NCBI GenBank assembly: GCA_039545335.1
Contig: BCIN01000002.1
Coordinates: 2,572,678-2,636,677 of the forward strand
Direction: 5' to 3'
Length of the DNA: 64,000 nt
From: Kondoa subrosea
Lineage: Eukaryota
The position numbers and the translations under genes were made by a program. Below, one piece after another: positions 53,055 to 64,000 of this stretch (position 1 is its first letter; each line of letters begins with the position of its first letter). The notes beneath the pieces are model-generated. The model was not told the origin of the DNA, did not search any database, and was given only the letters and a program-made list of their open reading frames with translations.

Positions 53055-54839
53055 ATGGGTCAAACCCAGTCATCAGACAAGCGCCTCAAGTTGCCGAAAA
53101 CCATCAAGCGAAAGAACACGTTTCGCCGATCGTCTGTGCCCTTTCCCAATGTTTTCCCTACGCCTTTGGGTGTTCTGCCAATTCGAGATCCGCTTGGTTC
53201 ACCACCTCCATTTGCCAATTTTGTAATTGCAGAACCGCCGAAGCAAGAGGAGCCCGCTCAAGATCAACCCAAACACACAGAGTCCGACTGCTGCACGACC
53301 TGTTGCTCGACCCGAACCAGTTCAATAATAACTCCTGTTTCTACTTCACCCGTTCGAAGGCTCTCTCATCATCCTTACGCTCACAAAACACATTCCCGGA
53401 AATCCGTTCGCGATGGAGACAAACGTCGTCGATCAGTATACAGCAGTCATTGGCAACCTTCACCTCGAACAACTCTGACAACTTCAAAAGCTATTTCTAC
53501 TCGAACTTATTCCGCTACTTCCACTATCGACAGTTCTGCTTTGCCAGCTGCACCAACCGATAAACCGAATATCTTGGTTCTGACAAATCCTTCTTACAAC
53601 AGTCCGCTTGCTCAGACTTTGGATATCAAGATCGAGAGGGATTACGATTCATTTGAACAAGAACCGCTCATGAACCCTTATTCCTCCCCGCGTCTGTCTG
53701 CATTCGAAGAGGGCAAGAAGATATTGACAGATCTAGAGATCCGACTTGATGCAAATAGATCAAATCGTCTGGATCAAAACTACAGCGGCTTACCTAGTCC
53801 GATCTCCCTTCCGCTCTTGACAGCTGCGCATCCTTCTTCTCGCTTCTCAGCCGATACGCTTTCTCTCAATGATCGAAGTGCTTCAGACCAACATACTTCA
53901 GCATCTACAGCTCTTCTCAAAGTCATGGAAACCTTCCCTCTGGTTCCGCAATCTGAAGATCAAGATCAATCACCAGAATCCAATGTAGTCGATAAAGGTC
54001 TTTCGCCTGCTCCACCTTCTCACGCAAGACAAGTCTCAATATCACCTAGACGACCTCTACCTCCTCCACCAGTGCATAAACGATCTGTTTCTACTCCTGT
54101 CAATTTGACAGACGCTTTCTCCGCCTACAAGGAATGGTCGAAGAATGGGTCTGGCCCTCTTGCTTCTCAGACGCCTACTATATCTTCGCCTCGTTCCCCT
54201 CCTATACCTGTAGCTCACAGTCCCGAAACACCGAAATTGGACTTTCAAACACCTGCCATGGGTGTGCAAGAGAAACGGGAGGAAGAAAGTAAAGAAGTCA
54301 CAGAAGCAGAAAAGAAACGAAGATCACTGGCTCATCGATTGAGCGAATTACCAATCATCGACATCTCCTTCACTGATCTCTTTCAATCTCTGGAACTGAA
54401 AACATTTCCACCTTCGCCTATGAGAAGCCTCGTCGAAGAAGATGAAGAAGAAGAAGAAGAAGAGGCGGAATCGGAAGAGATTCATACACCGAGTCCAGAC
54501 GACCCAATCGTTTCCGTTCAAAGCAAGATTGTCGTTCGGCTACCTCCTCAATCCACACCTTCTTTACCACCTTCATCCAGTCGTCCATTGAGCATGGAGA
54601 GTCTTACTACTTCCATTACTCCAGTCACACCATTGGTCTCGTACTTTGAAGGTACCTGTACGATCGATACCTTTGGAGGAGTTAAATCGCGAGCAAAGAA
54701 GGAAAGATCGAGGGAATCCGGTGAAAGGAGAAGCAGAAGCAGGCAGACGACTACAGATGGGAGTGCGCAACCGGTCAAGAGAGGGTATAGCTCTAGTGAA
54801 ATCAGTGAATGGTTAGCTAGATCAAGTTTGGCAGCATGA
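53055..54839 (+). CDS. Hypothetical Ser/Pro-rich protein (594 aa; MGQTQS is a possible N-myristoylation start)
   Basis: Long intronless ORF with no recognised domain. Confidence 0.75.
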   Translation: MGQTQSSDKRLKLPKTIKRKNTFRRSSVPFPNVFPTPLGVLPIRDPLGSPPPFANFVIAEPPKQEEPAQDQPKHTESDCCTTCCSTRTSSIITPVSTSPVRRLSHHPYAHKTHSRKSVRDGDKRRRSVYSSHWQPSPRTTLTTSKAISTRTYSATSTIDSSALPAAPTDKPNILVLTNPSYNSPLAQTLDIKIERDYDSFEQEPLMNPYSSPRLSAFEEGKKILTDLEIRLDANRSNRLDQNYSGLPSPISLPLLTAAHPSSRFSADTLSLNDRSASDQHTSASTALLKVMETFPLVPQSEDQDQSPESNVVDKGLSPAPPSHARQVSISPRRPLPPPPVHKRSVSTPVNLTDAFSAYKEWSKNGSGPLASQTPTISSPRSPPIPVAHSPETPKLDFQTPAMGVQEKREEESKEVTEAEKKRRSLAHRLSELPIIDISFTDLFQSLELKTFPPSPMRSLVEEDEEEEEEEAESEEIHTPSPDDPIVSVQSKIVVRLPPQSTPSLPPSSSRPLSMESLTTSITPVTPLVSYFEGTCTIDTFGGVKSRAKKERSRESGERRSRSRQTTTDGSAQPVKRGYSSSEISEWLARSSLAA

Positions 54840-55071
54840 GGGGACATTGGGTATTTTCGTATAGAGTGCTTCTGTGATAGATTCTTGTAAAACGCGAACG
54901 TGAAGGACAGTGCAATGTAGAATAGCAAGGAGATTCTCGATTACGCGCTACTATGCAAGTCTCAATGAATTCGGGTATGGAATCGAATGGTATTCTCACA
55001 AAGCTACAACAACAATGAGGACCCTGCACATCTACCACAAATGTTACACCTTATTGATCGATTTCTACTGA

Positions 55072-56747
55072 TCAGCCCATCCATTTTCCGTTAGTGCTCT
55101 TAGGTGCGGCTCGAGTAGGGATGATAGTTTCAGTGATTCCGTAGGCATCAATAGCGGACTGTTTATGAGCGAGCGCAAGAATGAGTCCAGTTTTGGACAT
55201 GTATCATGGTACGAACCTGCCAAACTTCCATAGTCATTTCTAGCACAACTTGACGTCTTCGGATAGCTTCACCAGCTGCTTCAGCTTGTTGACGCTGTTC
55301 ATCGCTCGGGGCTTCGCAGGCGTCTGCGGCAGGCAGGTCAGCACCTTGAATTAAGACTCATAGTAGTCAACTCACATAGAATAGGTACGCCAGGGAAATC
55401 GTCTGACTCTAGATCAATGGATGCACGACCGTCCTTGACTGTGAAAAAGACGAAGTTCCATCTTAAGCAACTTTCGCAGGAGAAAAGACGTCACTTACTC
55501 AAGAAGGAAAGATAAAACAGGTTCTCGACTGTTTGACCATAAGATTCTGGGTTGATGATGAAAACGAAGAAATCGATGCCGATCTTCCCATCGCCGTTAT
55601 CACTGCGTTCTTCAAGGAGTTGATGCACGAGTTTGACCATTTGGGTGGTTTCGTTCTCTTCTCGCTGAATGTCTTCTTCGTTAAGCTGTACAAGGACACA
55701 ATACAGTAATCAGCGCTCAGCCGGAATATGGACGTTCCATTCGCACCTGGGAGACCTTGACATTCTCATGTACTTTCTGCTTTGCTTTCTTGACGCGCTC
55801 TTTCACTACTCGCTTTTTCGGTTCGATAGCCAGAGGACCAAGCCTGAGCAGAACAACCTCAGCACTTGATACACAGTGAAGCAGATCCCTGACATGAAAT
55901 CGATAGTTGGCGCTTTCAGCATATACTTCGAACCAAGTCTACCAATCTTGAACCAAGCTTCTCCTCTCCTTCTCTCTTTCTCCTTCTCGCTCAAATTCTC
56001 ATCTTCTTCGTCCTCATCTTCTTCAGCTTCTTCGTCGCTATCCAAACCTCCAGCTTTTCCACCACCAAACAACCTCACCTTTTTCTGTAACCTAACAATA
56101 AAATCATCGATATCGAAAGCATTCTTATCAATTCTCATGGTTCTTGCTTTAGCAGCTGCAGTTTCTGCTGAAATGAGTAAGAATTTGGCATCGAGAGCAG
56201 CTTCTTGAGGTTGCTTGATTCGACCAAAAAGAGCTTCGGATTTGTTGATGCCTCCAGTGAGATCTTTGACGGATACATCATTGACATTACGAGCTTTCTC
56301 TGTCAATCCGAATTACGCGTAAGACACTTACACACATGATCAAAAAGCTGAAGGAGACTTACCTTCTGCATCGTTCATTTGAGCTCGAAGCTCTTTGCGC
56401 ACTTCTCTTTTCTCTGCAGGGTCTTGATTAGGATCATAGGTATCTTCCATCTGCATAAACCACAAGGATAATCAATGTTTAGACGTAGACCTGCTTGTAT
56501 TTAAACTTACAGGCGCTTGTTGTGCATTTTTCTGTCTATTCGTACCAGAATCTGATCCTTCGCTCTCGTCCTCATCTCCTTGTTGATCATCATCAGGCGC
56601 TTCATCGACATCCATAGCAGTTTGAGAAGATTGTTGCATGGCAGAAGCGCGTTCTTTGCCTTTATTTAATTTTCCACTGCTTCTCTGTTGCTGATGCTGT
56701 GAACTACTAGTGGGTTCGTTTTCCTGATTGCTGCTCGGTCTGGCCAT
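55072..56747 (-). CDS. NSE4: Smc5/6 kleisin subunit Nse4
   Basis: IKQPQEAALDAKFL, PTIDFM.GPL, FIINPESYGQTVENLFYLSFL and QVVLEMTMEVWQ..AIDAYGITETIIPTR. Confidence 0.9.
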
Positions 56748-57248
56748 GAAGAAATGTAAAGTTGTCGCGGTTTAAAGGCAAGAGCTCAAGAGCGAGTCGC
56801 GAAAAAACAAAGGTCGAAAATCGATATCAAGAGCTCTATTAAGAGGTAGCTATTACATTGTGGTCATCTCCTAAGCCTCCCTGGTCGCTGGAAAAGCAAA
56901 GTCGGCGATTTTCCCACAGGTCGCGATTTATGCGAGCGACAGTGACTTCGCAAGGCCGGGCAGAGGCAGACTTCTCCCAGCGACTACTTGATACACTTCA
57001 CAAGCTTCAAGCAGCGGGGAAGCGTCGTTCAAAAGCATGCTGTGTCTTGACCTCTATTTCGCAAGCTCTTGCCAGCTTGCTCGACCGAGCCCTTCATCTT
57101 CGCCTGCCTTTTGCTCTATCTTGTCCTTCTCTCTCTCTTTGTATCATTTTCGTCACGCTACATGTAGCTTTTCCATCTTCTTCCCGCACAATCTTGTCTC
57201 AGTAGCCGACCATAGACTTTCATACCATCAGATCCCATTCCTACTGCA

Positions 57249-57881
57249 TCAGAAAGGTGACGGATTGTAGCCATAAATCTTCTCCGCCATTGCTCTTAAC
57301 ATCATGGGTACAAAAGGGTTTCCATAAGTTTCGACAATATCGCTCTTTTCCACAGCAGCATTGATATTCGCTTTGGTTCCTTTTGTAGCTTCTTTGATGA
57401 TTGCAGGTACATCCGTTTTCGTATCCCACCATGATGGGAACACTTGTTTCTTTGCTGCTTTGTTTAAGAAGGACTTGAAATGAGGTAGTGGGTTGTCTCC
57501 GTTGTACAAACCAACGGTATTCGCTCCTTGAGTGTATTCATCTTCCACGCGTAGACGATAGCAGTCAATCAACCAGGTATAGCACTCTTGTTTGCTTTTG
57601 CCTTTGAACGGATCATCGATGGAGTCTATCAGACTTTGACTGTCCATAAGCCGCGGATTGGAAGTGGTAGTAGGTTGAGAGGCTGTAGGACGTTTGCAAG
57701 CTGCCTTATGTGTAGTCCAGTGCTGTATAAGATAAGAATGCTAATCGGAAATTCATTGTTGTTTTTAGCATTTGCGACAAACCTCTTTCTGATGCTCTGC
57801 ACTGCAGTAGGCTTGCTTACATCGTTAACAACGAAGATTGCTACTTTTGGAGCACAAGGGACATTGATCGGACGAGGGCAT
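57249..57881 (-). pseudogene. MYND zinc-finger protein with an in-frame TAA in the zinc finger (pseudogene or truncated allele)
   Basis: MPSSDQCPLCSKSSNLRC*RCKQAYCSAEHQKE|HWTTHKAAC, with the stop at 57825-57827. The C-terminal domain LIDCYRLRVEDEY..FPSWW..AVEKSDI..YGNPFVPMMLRAMAEKIYG is intact. Confidence 0.75.
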
Positions 57882-57938
57882 AGTGGTTAAGCTGAGAGAA
57901 GGTGCATAGAAAGATTGCTACACAACCCTTCGTCGAGC

Positions 57939-58326
57939 ATGGACCAAGATGTCGAATTCCAGGCGAGAATGGCGATCTCAAATAGTGAAAACAATACACT
58001 GACGAATACTTCAGGCAGGTCTAGAAGCTATTCTTCAACCGCTTTACGCTCGGAATGCTACAACAGAAGAGATAGAGCAGACCAAATCCCAAGCTTATAC
58101 TTTCTATCTCGCTCACAGAGCCAAGTCTTCTGCTACTCCTTCGACTCCAGAAGGGCCTGTTCCATTATCTTTCAATGATTTAGCCGAACGAATTGCAAGT
58201 GGTCAGGAGATCAAAGGGATAAAACAGATCGAAGACAAGCTAAATGAAGCGCCGCAGAGTGAACCAAAACTTGCAGGTCAAGTGAGGGGTGCGGGACGGA
58301 AGCCGTGGGAGAAGGTAGAGGAGTAA
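57939..58326 (+). CDS. PEX39: Duplicate PEX39-like gene, 5'-shortened, with a GC donor; possibly functional
   Basis: MDQDVEFQ, gcgaga..ttcag intron, AGLEAIL..RKPWEKVEE* is open if the GC-AG intron is spliced. Confidence 0.55.
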
Positions 58327-58742
58327 CTCTGGGCTGGACATAGAAGCACGATCAGATTCGGCTAGATTTGTGAAGACCTGTTGCAATATACTTACTAGTG
58401 TATATTTCTTGTAATTAATGAGCTCCTCAAAGCGCATTCGCGTGCACCACAGGATATTTGCTTTGGAGTGAACAAATTGACAGCAGAGCGGCCAGATGAG
58501 GGCTTGGGCAGATCTTGTGTTCTGCTAGAGAAGAGGAGGCTCAAATTACAAGTGAGTGACAGCAGGCAGATTGACAGCAAGGCCACCTGTTACAAGGTAG
58601 AGTTCAAGGGTCAATACCAATACTGTTTGCCTGGATGCCGAGGAATTTACTCACAGCAGAGGCCAAATGATACAGAGGTAATCACACCTCAGGAAGCCAT
58701 CTTCCACTTTGACATTCCATGAATTCAGCAACAAGGTGAAGT

Positions 58743-59231
58743 TCAATCGTCCAAGTCCATTGCGCTTTCATTGAGTTGGCCAGTTGAACACCCCTCTTTC
58801 GCCTCTTCCTCCTTTCTCTCTACCTCTTGCTTTACAACAGGTTGATAGAGTACTACAGCTCCCAAATGTGGGTTCCGCCAATCGTTAGCCAACTTCTCTT
58901 GCTCCATCAGAATAAGTTTTCTCGCCATCGCATTCATCATGAGTCTTGTAGCAGGATCTTCTTCTTTTTCTACATTGTCTTCTTCAGCATCCGACAGAGA
59001 ATTGACATAGATTACGTGATCAGGTTTGTTCTGCATTTCGACCTCTTGAATCGAAGCAGCGACGATAGGCTGGGATTGATTGAGAGAAAGAGAAGAAAGA
59101 GAAGGGAACGCATAAGACAACTCTTGCTGGCTCTCCGAGACTACCTTGCGCTTCTTGTTGGACTCGATTGAAGCATCGCTCAAATAATCTGCAGATTGCT
59201 CAGAATCGTAAGACAGAGCCCTCTTCCTCAT
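58743..59231 (-). CDS. Intact duplicate of the 162-aa hypothetical protein
   Basis: 150/162 aa identical to 39272-39760 by manual count, with no indels. Confidence 0.75.
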   Translation of the reverse strand: MRKRALSYDSEQSADYLSDASIESNKKRKVVSESQQELSYAFPSLSSLSLNQSQPIVAASIQEVEMQNKPDHVIYVNSLSDAEEDNVEKEEDPATRLMMNAMARKLILMEQEKLANDWRNPHLGAVVLYQPVVKQEVERKEEEAKEGCSTGQLNESAMDLDD

Positions 59232-59386
59232 CTGTTTTTTCTACTTGAAAACTCTTCTTCTGCTTCTATTTCTGGGTCAAGAGAGGCTCGCATCAGCCTT
59301 GCACTATCGATTGCTCGACGTTTCGAGAAAAGTGTCGCAAAGTGAAGAACTGGCTTGGTACGGGCCAGAGTGCAGTTGATAACAAG

Positions 59387-60210
59387 ATGGACTCATCGCC
59401 GTATTTCAGCAAGAAGGGCAAGATGGAAGAGTCAAATCCGATCGAAGAATTGCTTAAAGTGCCCAACGATGTATCTGCAGATCAATTGCAAGCATACTTT
59501 CGATTGCTCGCTACCAGTCTTCTAAACAATGTGGAACTCGTAATAAAAGCGAACGACAAGCAAAGACGCTTCCGCTTGCTGGAAATAGAGATATACTATC
59601 TATCTGAAGCTCAATCAGATCCGTTCTGTCACGCTAGAGCAATACAAGCTCATTCTGGACTCTTCTCTCTTGGTTGCCTGATCGATGAAAGTCTCAACTA
59701 CTTTGGTTGGAGGATATAGAGGGGGAACTCGAAAAGGCTTGGACATTACTTTCGGCAATGGATCAGCTCCAGCTGGTATACTTCTTCCGATCATCCAAGA
59801 CCTGGATACTGAAGAGATCGTTTGCGGTCCTTCTAAGCTGGTTAAGCAAGTGATCCCTGTCTACTAATCTTTATCTCTCGTTGAACAGCTCGGCAGCATC
59901 TTCTCCCACAGTTTATGCTAGTCCGAGAATTGGTCTTGATTTAGCTAGAGCGGCTAAAACATACTCTTCTCTAGAGCGGCTAAACCATTCTCTTCTTCCG
60001 TTCCTTGTGCTGTCTGTCTTAGAGAATCATATCGAGTCTTGGTTTACCCAAATTTGGTCCAATCAGCCGACAAAGCTCAAACCTCCTTGCCGCTGTAGAT
60101 TCACGCTTCATCTAGTAGTCAACTAGGATATGACTTCATTTGCAAAACAGCAGCAGGTTCCAATAAGAAAATACTCGAGCAACATCTCTTGCGCCAATGG
60201 AAAGAAGATT
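59387..60210 (+). pseudogene. Disrupted copy of the MPG/AAG-fold gene
   Basis: Frameshifting micro-inversion plus deletion near 59667-59692, deletion spanning the intron/exon 2 junction near 59845-59870, and a degenerate 3' part. Confidence 0.85.
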
Positions 60211-60591
60211 GAGCTGAATGCGTAAACATGCACAAACTCCATTGAATTACATTGAACTCTATTGGTACGTTGGTCCACATTTGTCACAGGTAAAGCTTCT
60301 ATCTACCAATTGCTCTCAGGAGTTCCAGATGCGGATTACCTCAGCTGATGTATATATGATGAGAGATTCGTAAAGCCGAAGAAATCTGTACATACTCATT
60401 CTGTTGACGCTATGCATAACTTTGCAAAGTTGCATAACTCATCATCTCTTGCTGAGATAATCGCCACCTCAGCGCGGACGCTGGTTGTGATTTTTCGTTT
60501 CAACGCTGTACTTCCATCTTCGACACTCACGAGCTGTAAATCTACTCGAACACTCGCATACATACACGTCCATCACTCACAATAAGCCAAA

Positions 60592-61014
60592 ATGGTCGCA
60601 ACGCACAGAATAGGGAAACGAGGATACGATGTTTGTTTCGCCTTGATTTTACCATTAGTCCTAGATCTGATATGGCTCGTATTCATAACAGTGGGCCAAC
60701 TCTTTCCCTCTCTGGCCTATCTTCCTAGGAGCAGGGTAAGCCTAAAGCAGTAATGTCAACGAAAGGAAGGGACCTGATCGCGTGACCCAATTTGATTCAG
60801 ATTGATACTTCTTATTGCTATGGCTTGGTGGAGAAGGGCTCAATTGAAGGGATACTTTGGAGGAAAGAAGGAAGAGGAGCCATTTGAGGAGCCAGCTATG
60901 CAACCAATGTCAGGAATGGATTATCCACCGCAAGAGAAATTGGGCACAAACAACTACCATCCTGATTATGCTGCTCAGCAACAGGCGTACGGTGCAAGGC
61001 AAAACGCTGTATGA
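60592..61014 (+). CDS. Small single-pass membrane protein (three exons)
   Basis: MVATHRIGKRGYD|WANSFPLWPIFLGAG|LILLIAMAWWRRAQLKG..ARQNAV* with canonical introns. Confidence 0.7.
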
Positions 61015-61498
61015 TTGTGACTCGCCCAAGGTTCGGACGTTATTTTGTGTAATTCTCTCAATGCTTGTATATAGCTGCATTCTATTCATTGGTCTAGGCT
61101 CATTGTGCTGTCTCTCTCTCTCTTCCTTCCCTTGTATCTTCTTCTTGTCATCGATCTTGGGTACAGCATTGCCTATCCCGTTCCTATTTCTAGCTTCCCA
61201 AAAATATCCCGACCTACAATATCTGCACGTCACTTTGGAAGGGAGAACTCATAAGCAACAGGCTCATATCATTTTTTCTCTGATGTCATATTCTGCACAT
61301 CTATAAGAACAACATACATCTGAACTTGATCACATCATATACACACGATTTATCCCTTATAGACCCCCTAATTTCTTGTATTCTTTGGCAATGCTCACGC
61401 CCTTCTACCCCTTTGTTTACATACTTTTCAACCACATACACACAATAAATTACACAGAGTCGTCCGCTCCCTTCCTTTTGTTGTTGTTGGTATTCTTT

Positions 61499-63987
61499 TC
61501 AAAACACCTTGTTCATGAACTTGGTGAACCTTGACTTCTTGGCTGAATTGTCGACGATGCCTAAACCAGTCACAGAGGAAGGTTGGCCCTCTATGAAAGG
61601 AGGTACAGCAGGCGTATGCGCTCTCGGGATCTCAGCAACAATCTTCTCATTGTACGAAGTAGCTTGATAAGGAGGGATAGTCTCTTCAGTTCGATTCGAC
61701 GTCGGACTGGATTTGGTATGTCGATGTGTATAAGTAGTGGAAGAAACTTTCCTTATAGGTGCTCCTACTGTCGCTGCTGACTTATCGTGTATTGAAGCAG
61801 GTGGAGTAGGTTGAGAAATAATCCGCTGTAATTTACCGCCAGTATCTTCTGAAGAAACAGATTTCGGTGCTGAACTCTTTCGTTCCGAAGTCGCTCTTTC
61901 ACGTCGTTTTAATTCTTGTCCACCGGTACTGGCAGAAGAAATCGAAGAAGGTCTCCTTCCTGCATCCAAACTATGTACATGAGATTGAAGAGCGGTGAGA
62001 CGACTGTCATAGATTTTGTTGACTGCTGAATTGAGAGCTGCTTGCGGTTCGACTGCTTGTGGCACAACGAGTTTGGGCGGTTCGACTAAACATAGTATCA
62101 ATATTTGATCAGCGTAGAAGACTTCGTAGCACTGACCAATTGTCTCTTGACGAAGAGAAGGTGCAGGTGCGCGTCGAAGCTGTGAGCAGGATATTTATTA
62201 ATCACCCAATGTAGAGTGCTCGATCCAGAACTTACATCAAGAGCACCTTGTTGAAATGGCCGATCCGTACTTTTCATCAAGGCCACGGCAGCAATATCCA
62301 TAGGATTCGTTTCTTCCGCTTTAGCCAAAGGTGTTCTAACCCCATCCCTGCCCAACTTCTCCCACACATATGGACCACGGTTCAATGGTGGCAAAGAAGG
62401 TGTTGGACGAGGTTTAACTTTCGATGAAGCAGGTCGAGATTCTCTACTACTTGGTCGAGATGATCTAGCTTTAGCATTGACTTCCCTTTCGAGCGATAAG
62501 CGATCAGAATAAGCTGCTAGTTGTTCAGCTAGAGACAGTTTTGATTCCGACTTGTTTGCGTCATAGGTAAGAAGTTGCTGTTCTGCTTCTCGAACCATGG
62601 AATGTGCCAATGAAGGGGAAATTTCAGGGAAAGCTTTTCTAGGTGAAGCCGGTGGATCTCGAACTGACGGCGAAGAAACGTTGACTGAGGTTGCTGATGT
62701 AGAGTAAGCGGAAGATGAAGGATAATTGTACTGAGAGCCAGAAAAGGAGGAAGACGATTGAGGAGAAGTAGAAGCGCCCGAATCGACTGTTGTGTGTGAG
62801 CTGAGAACCAGATGTCGGAGATCAGGTTCTGTACCAGTGGAAGCGCTTCTTTTTGCTCGATTGACAATGGAGCCTGGATCATCTGAACGGAAAGAAGGCG
62901 AATGCAGACGATCCGAGGAAGCTGTTGCTGAAGCTAAAGGCGAAGAAGCATTGAGTACGTAGGGCGATAGACCGCCTCTTGATGCAATAGAAGAGTTTGA
63001 GCCTACGCTGTCGTTTCGCATGCGCCCACCACCTGTAGCGTATTGCCGCGATACAGGTTCAAGTGGAACAACATCTTCAGCTTCTGAGCCATTCTGATCT
63101 TCGTCCGCTAGCGTAAGATTGGTATCGGTCGATGGTACATAGGAGATAGGTTCAGGTAGAGACAAGTCGTTGGGTTGAGGTGAAGCGGAAGGACTTATCG
63201 TCAAACCGACTGGGCTTTTGGGGCCTGGCAGCGAGCCTGAACTTCCAGGTCTGGAATTCGTTCTGTTGGAGAAGCGGCGGAAGCGGGAAGAAGCCATTAG
63301 TTCTGGACTTTGCAATTCTGGTAGATCATCATCTGCATCAACCGCTTCCTCATCTACATCTTTATCAACCCCAGAAATATGTGGATTCGATAGTTGAGAA
63401 GCTTGTCTGGGTCGATAGAGATGGGTCGCGCTACTCTGGCGAGAATTGGATTGCATCGCTGAAGCCGATCTTGGAGTTCGATCACCATCTGGGGTTCGTA
63501 TGGATAGAGTGTCGAAAGAAGATTGACGAGGAGGAGCAGTCGAGGGCAGCTCAGGAGAATGTTCGGGCGAATCGACAGGTGAAGTCAGACTGCTTTGGCT
63601 TTGCCAGGCGCCATCGTCGCTTGCATGTCTTCTGCGCAATTCTGGCGCTTCAGTGGGGCTGAGCTCGCCAGAGTCTTGTCGTGTCATACTCCCACTTCGG
63701 CCACGCAAGAAAGAGACTAGACTACTTCGACTGCTGTTCATGGATTTGAGTCGCTTGCTCTGATCTGCATTGAAGGCATTTGAAGTAGAGTCTGCAAGAT
63801 TAAGAGGTGGCGGCCGATTTGCTGACATGCCAAGAGCTTGTTTGATGGCTGCTCGAGGATGAGCAGCCTTTTCGAAAACAGACGGCAAACTAGGGCGACG
63901 TTTGTCTGAAAGGTGAAGGGACGAGAAGTTGGGTTGATGAGTTAATGCGGAATAGGTCACTGCAGGACCAGAATTTTGACGAGACAT
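61499..63987 (-). CDS. Hypothetical Ser/Arg-rich low-complexity protein (5' end may lie beyond the window)
   Basis: Adjacent 629-aa and 200-aa ORFs on the same strand, with intron-like sequence near 62080-62235. Confidence 0.75.
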
Positions 63988-64000
63988 CTCGGCTGCAGAT

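Larger units (their letters stand above)
57921..60210. repeat. Right arm of inverted segmental duplication, plus a more diverged tail (59971-60210)
   Basis: High reverse-complement similarity to 38401-40580, and visibly lower similarity to about 38190-38426 after a 26-bp tandem overlap. Confidence 0.93.

Noticed and set aside
40600..57900. Mating-type locus inside the inverted repeats
   Set aside because: No homeodomain, STE3 receptor or CAAX pheromone precursor was recognised between the arms.
57921..59970. RIP-like hypermutation of the duplicate
   Set aside because: Two ORFs remain intact and the substitution spectrum cannot be quantified reliably by eye. It needs an alignment-based context count.
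60411..60440. Palindrome AACTTTGCAAAGTT
   Set aside because: Isolated 14-bp palindrome with no second copy or functional context.

Overview
Gene-dense, intron-rich fungal nuclear DNA, consistent with a basidiomycete: short ~45-65 nt GT/GC-AG introns, CTRAY branch points and frequent micro-exons. About 37 protein-coding loci can be supported. They include eIF3e, a convergent PDX1/PDX2 pair, V-ATPase subunit f/RNASEK, Cyp40, SF3A2/PRP11, a PRELI protein, a CLC channel, two AA5 copper radical oxidases, UVRAG/VPS38, PEX39, AVL9, CSN7 and NSE4. Structure not visible in the ORF track: (1) a ~2.1-2.3 kb inverted duplication (about 38.2-40.6 kb vs 57.9-60.2 kb) bracketing a ~17 kb block; the right arm has a 26-bp micro-inversion, a GT>GC donor change, a junction to a more diverged paralog remnant, and an adjacent MYND gene with an in-frame stop; (2) a probable snR30/U17 H/ACA snoRNA head-to-head with PDX2; (3) degenerate terminal inverted repeats around a DUF3669 gene, possibly a gene-carrying non-autonomous DNA transposon; (4) a candidate zero-length-exon (recursive) splice site and several 3-9 nt micro-exons; (5) head-to-head gene pairs only 27-87 bp apart. 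All calls come from reading the sequence and recalling family motifs. No searches were run, and exon boundaries are manual.
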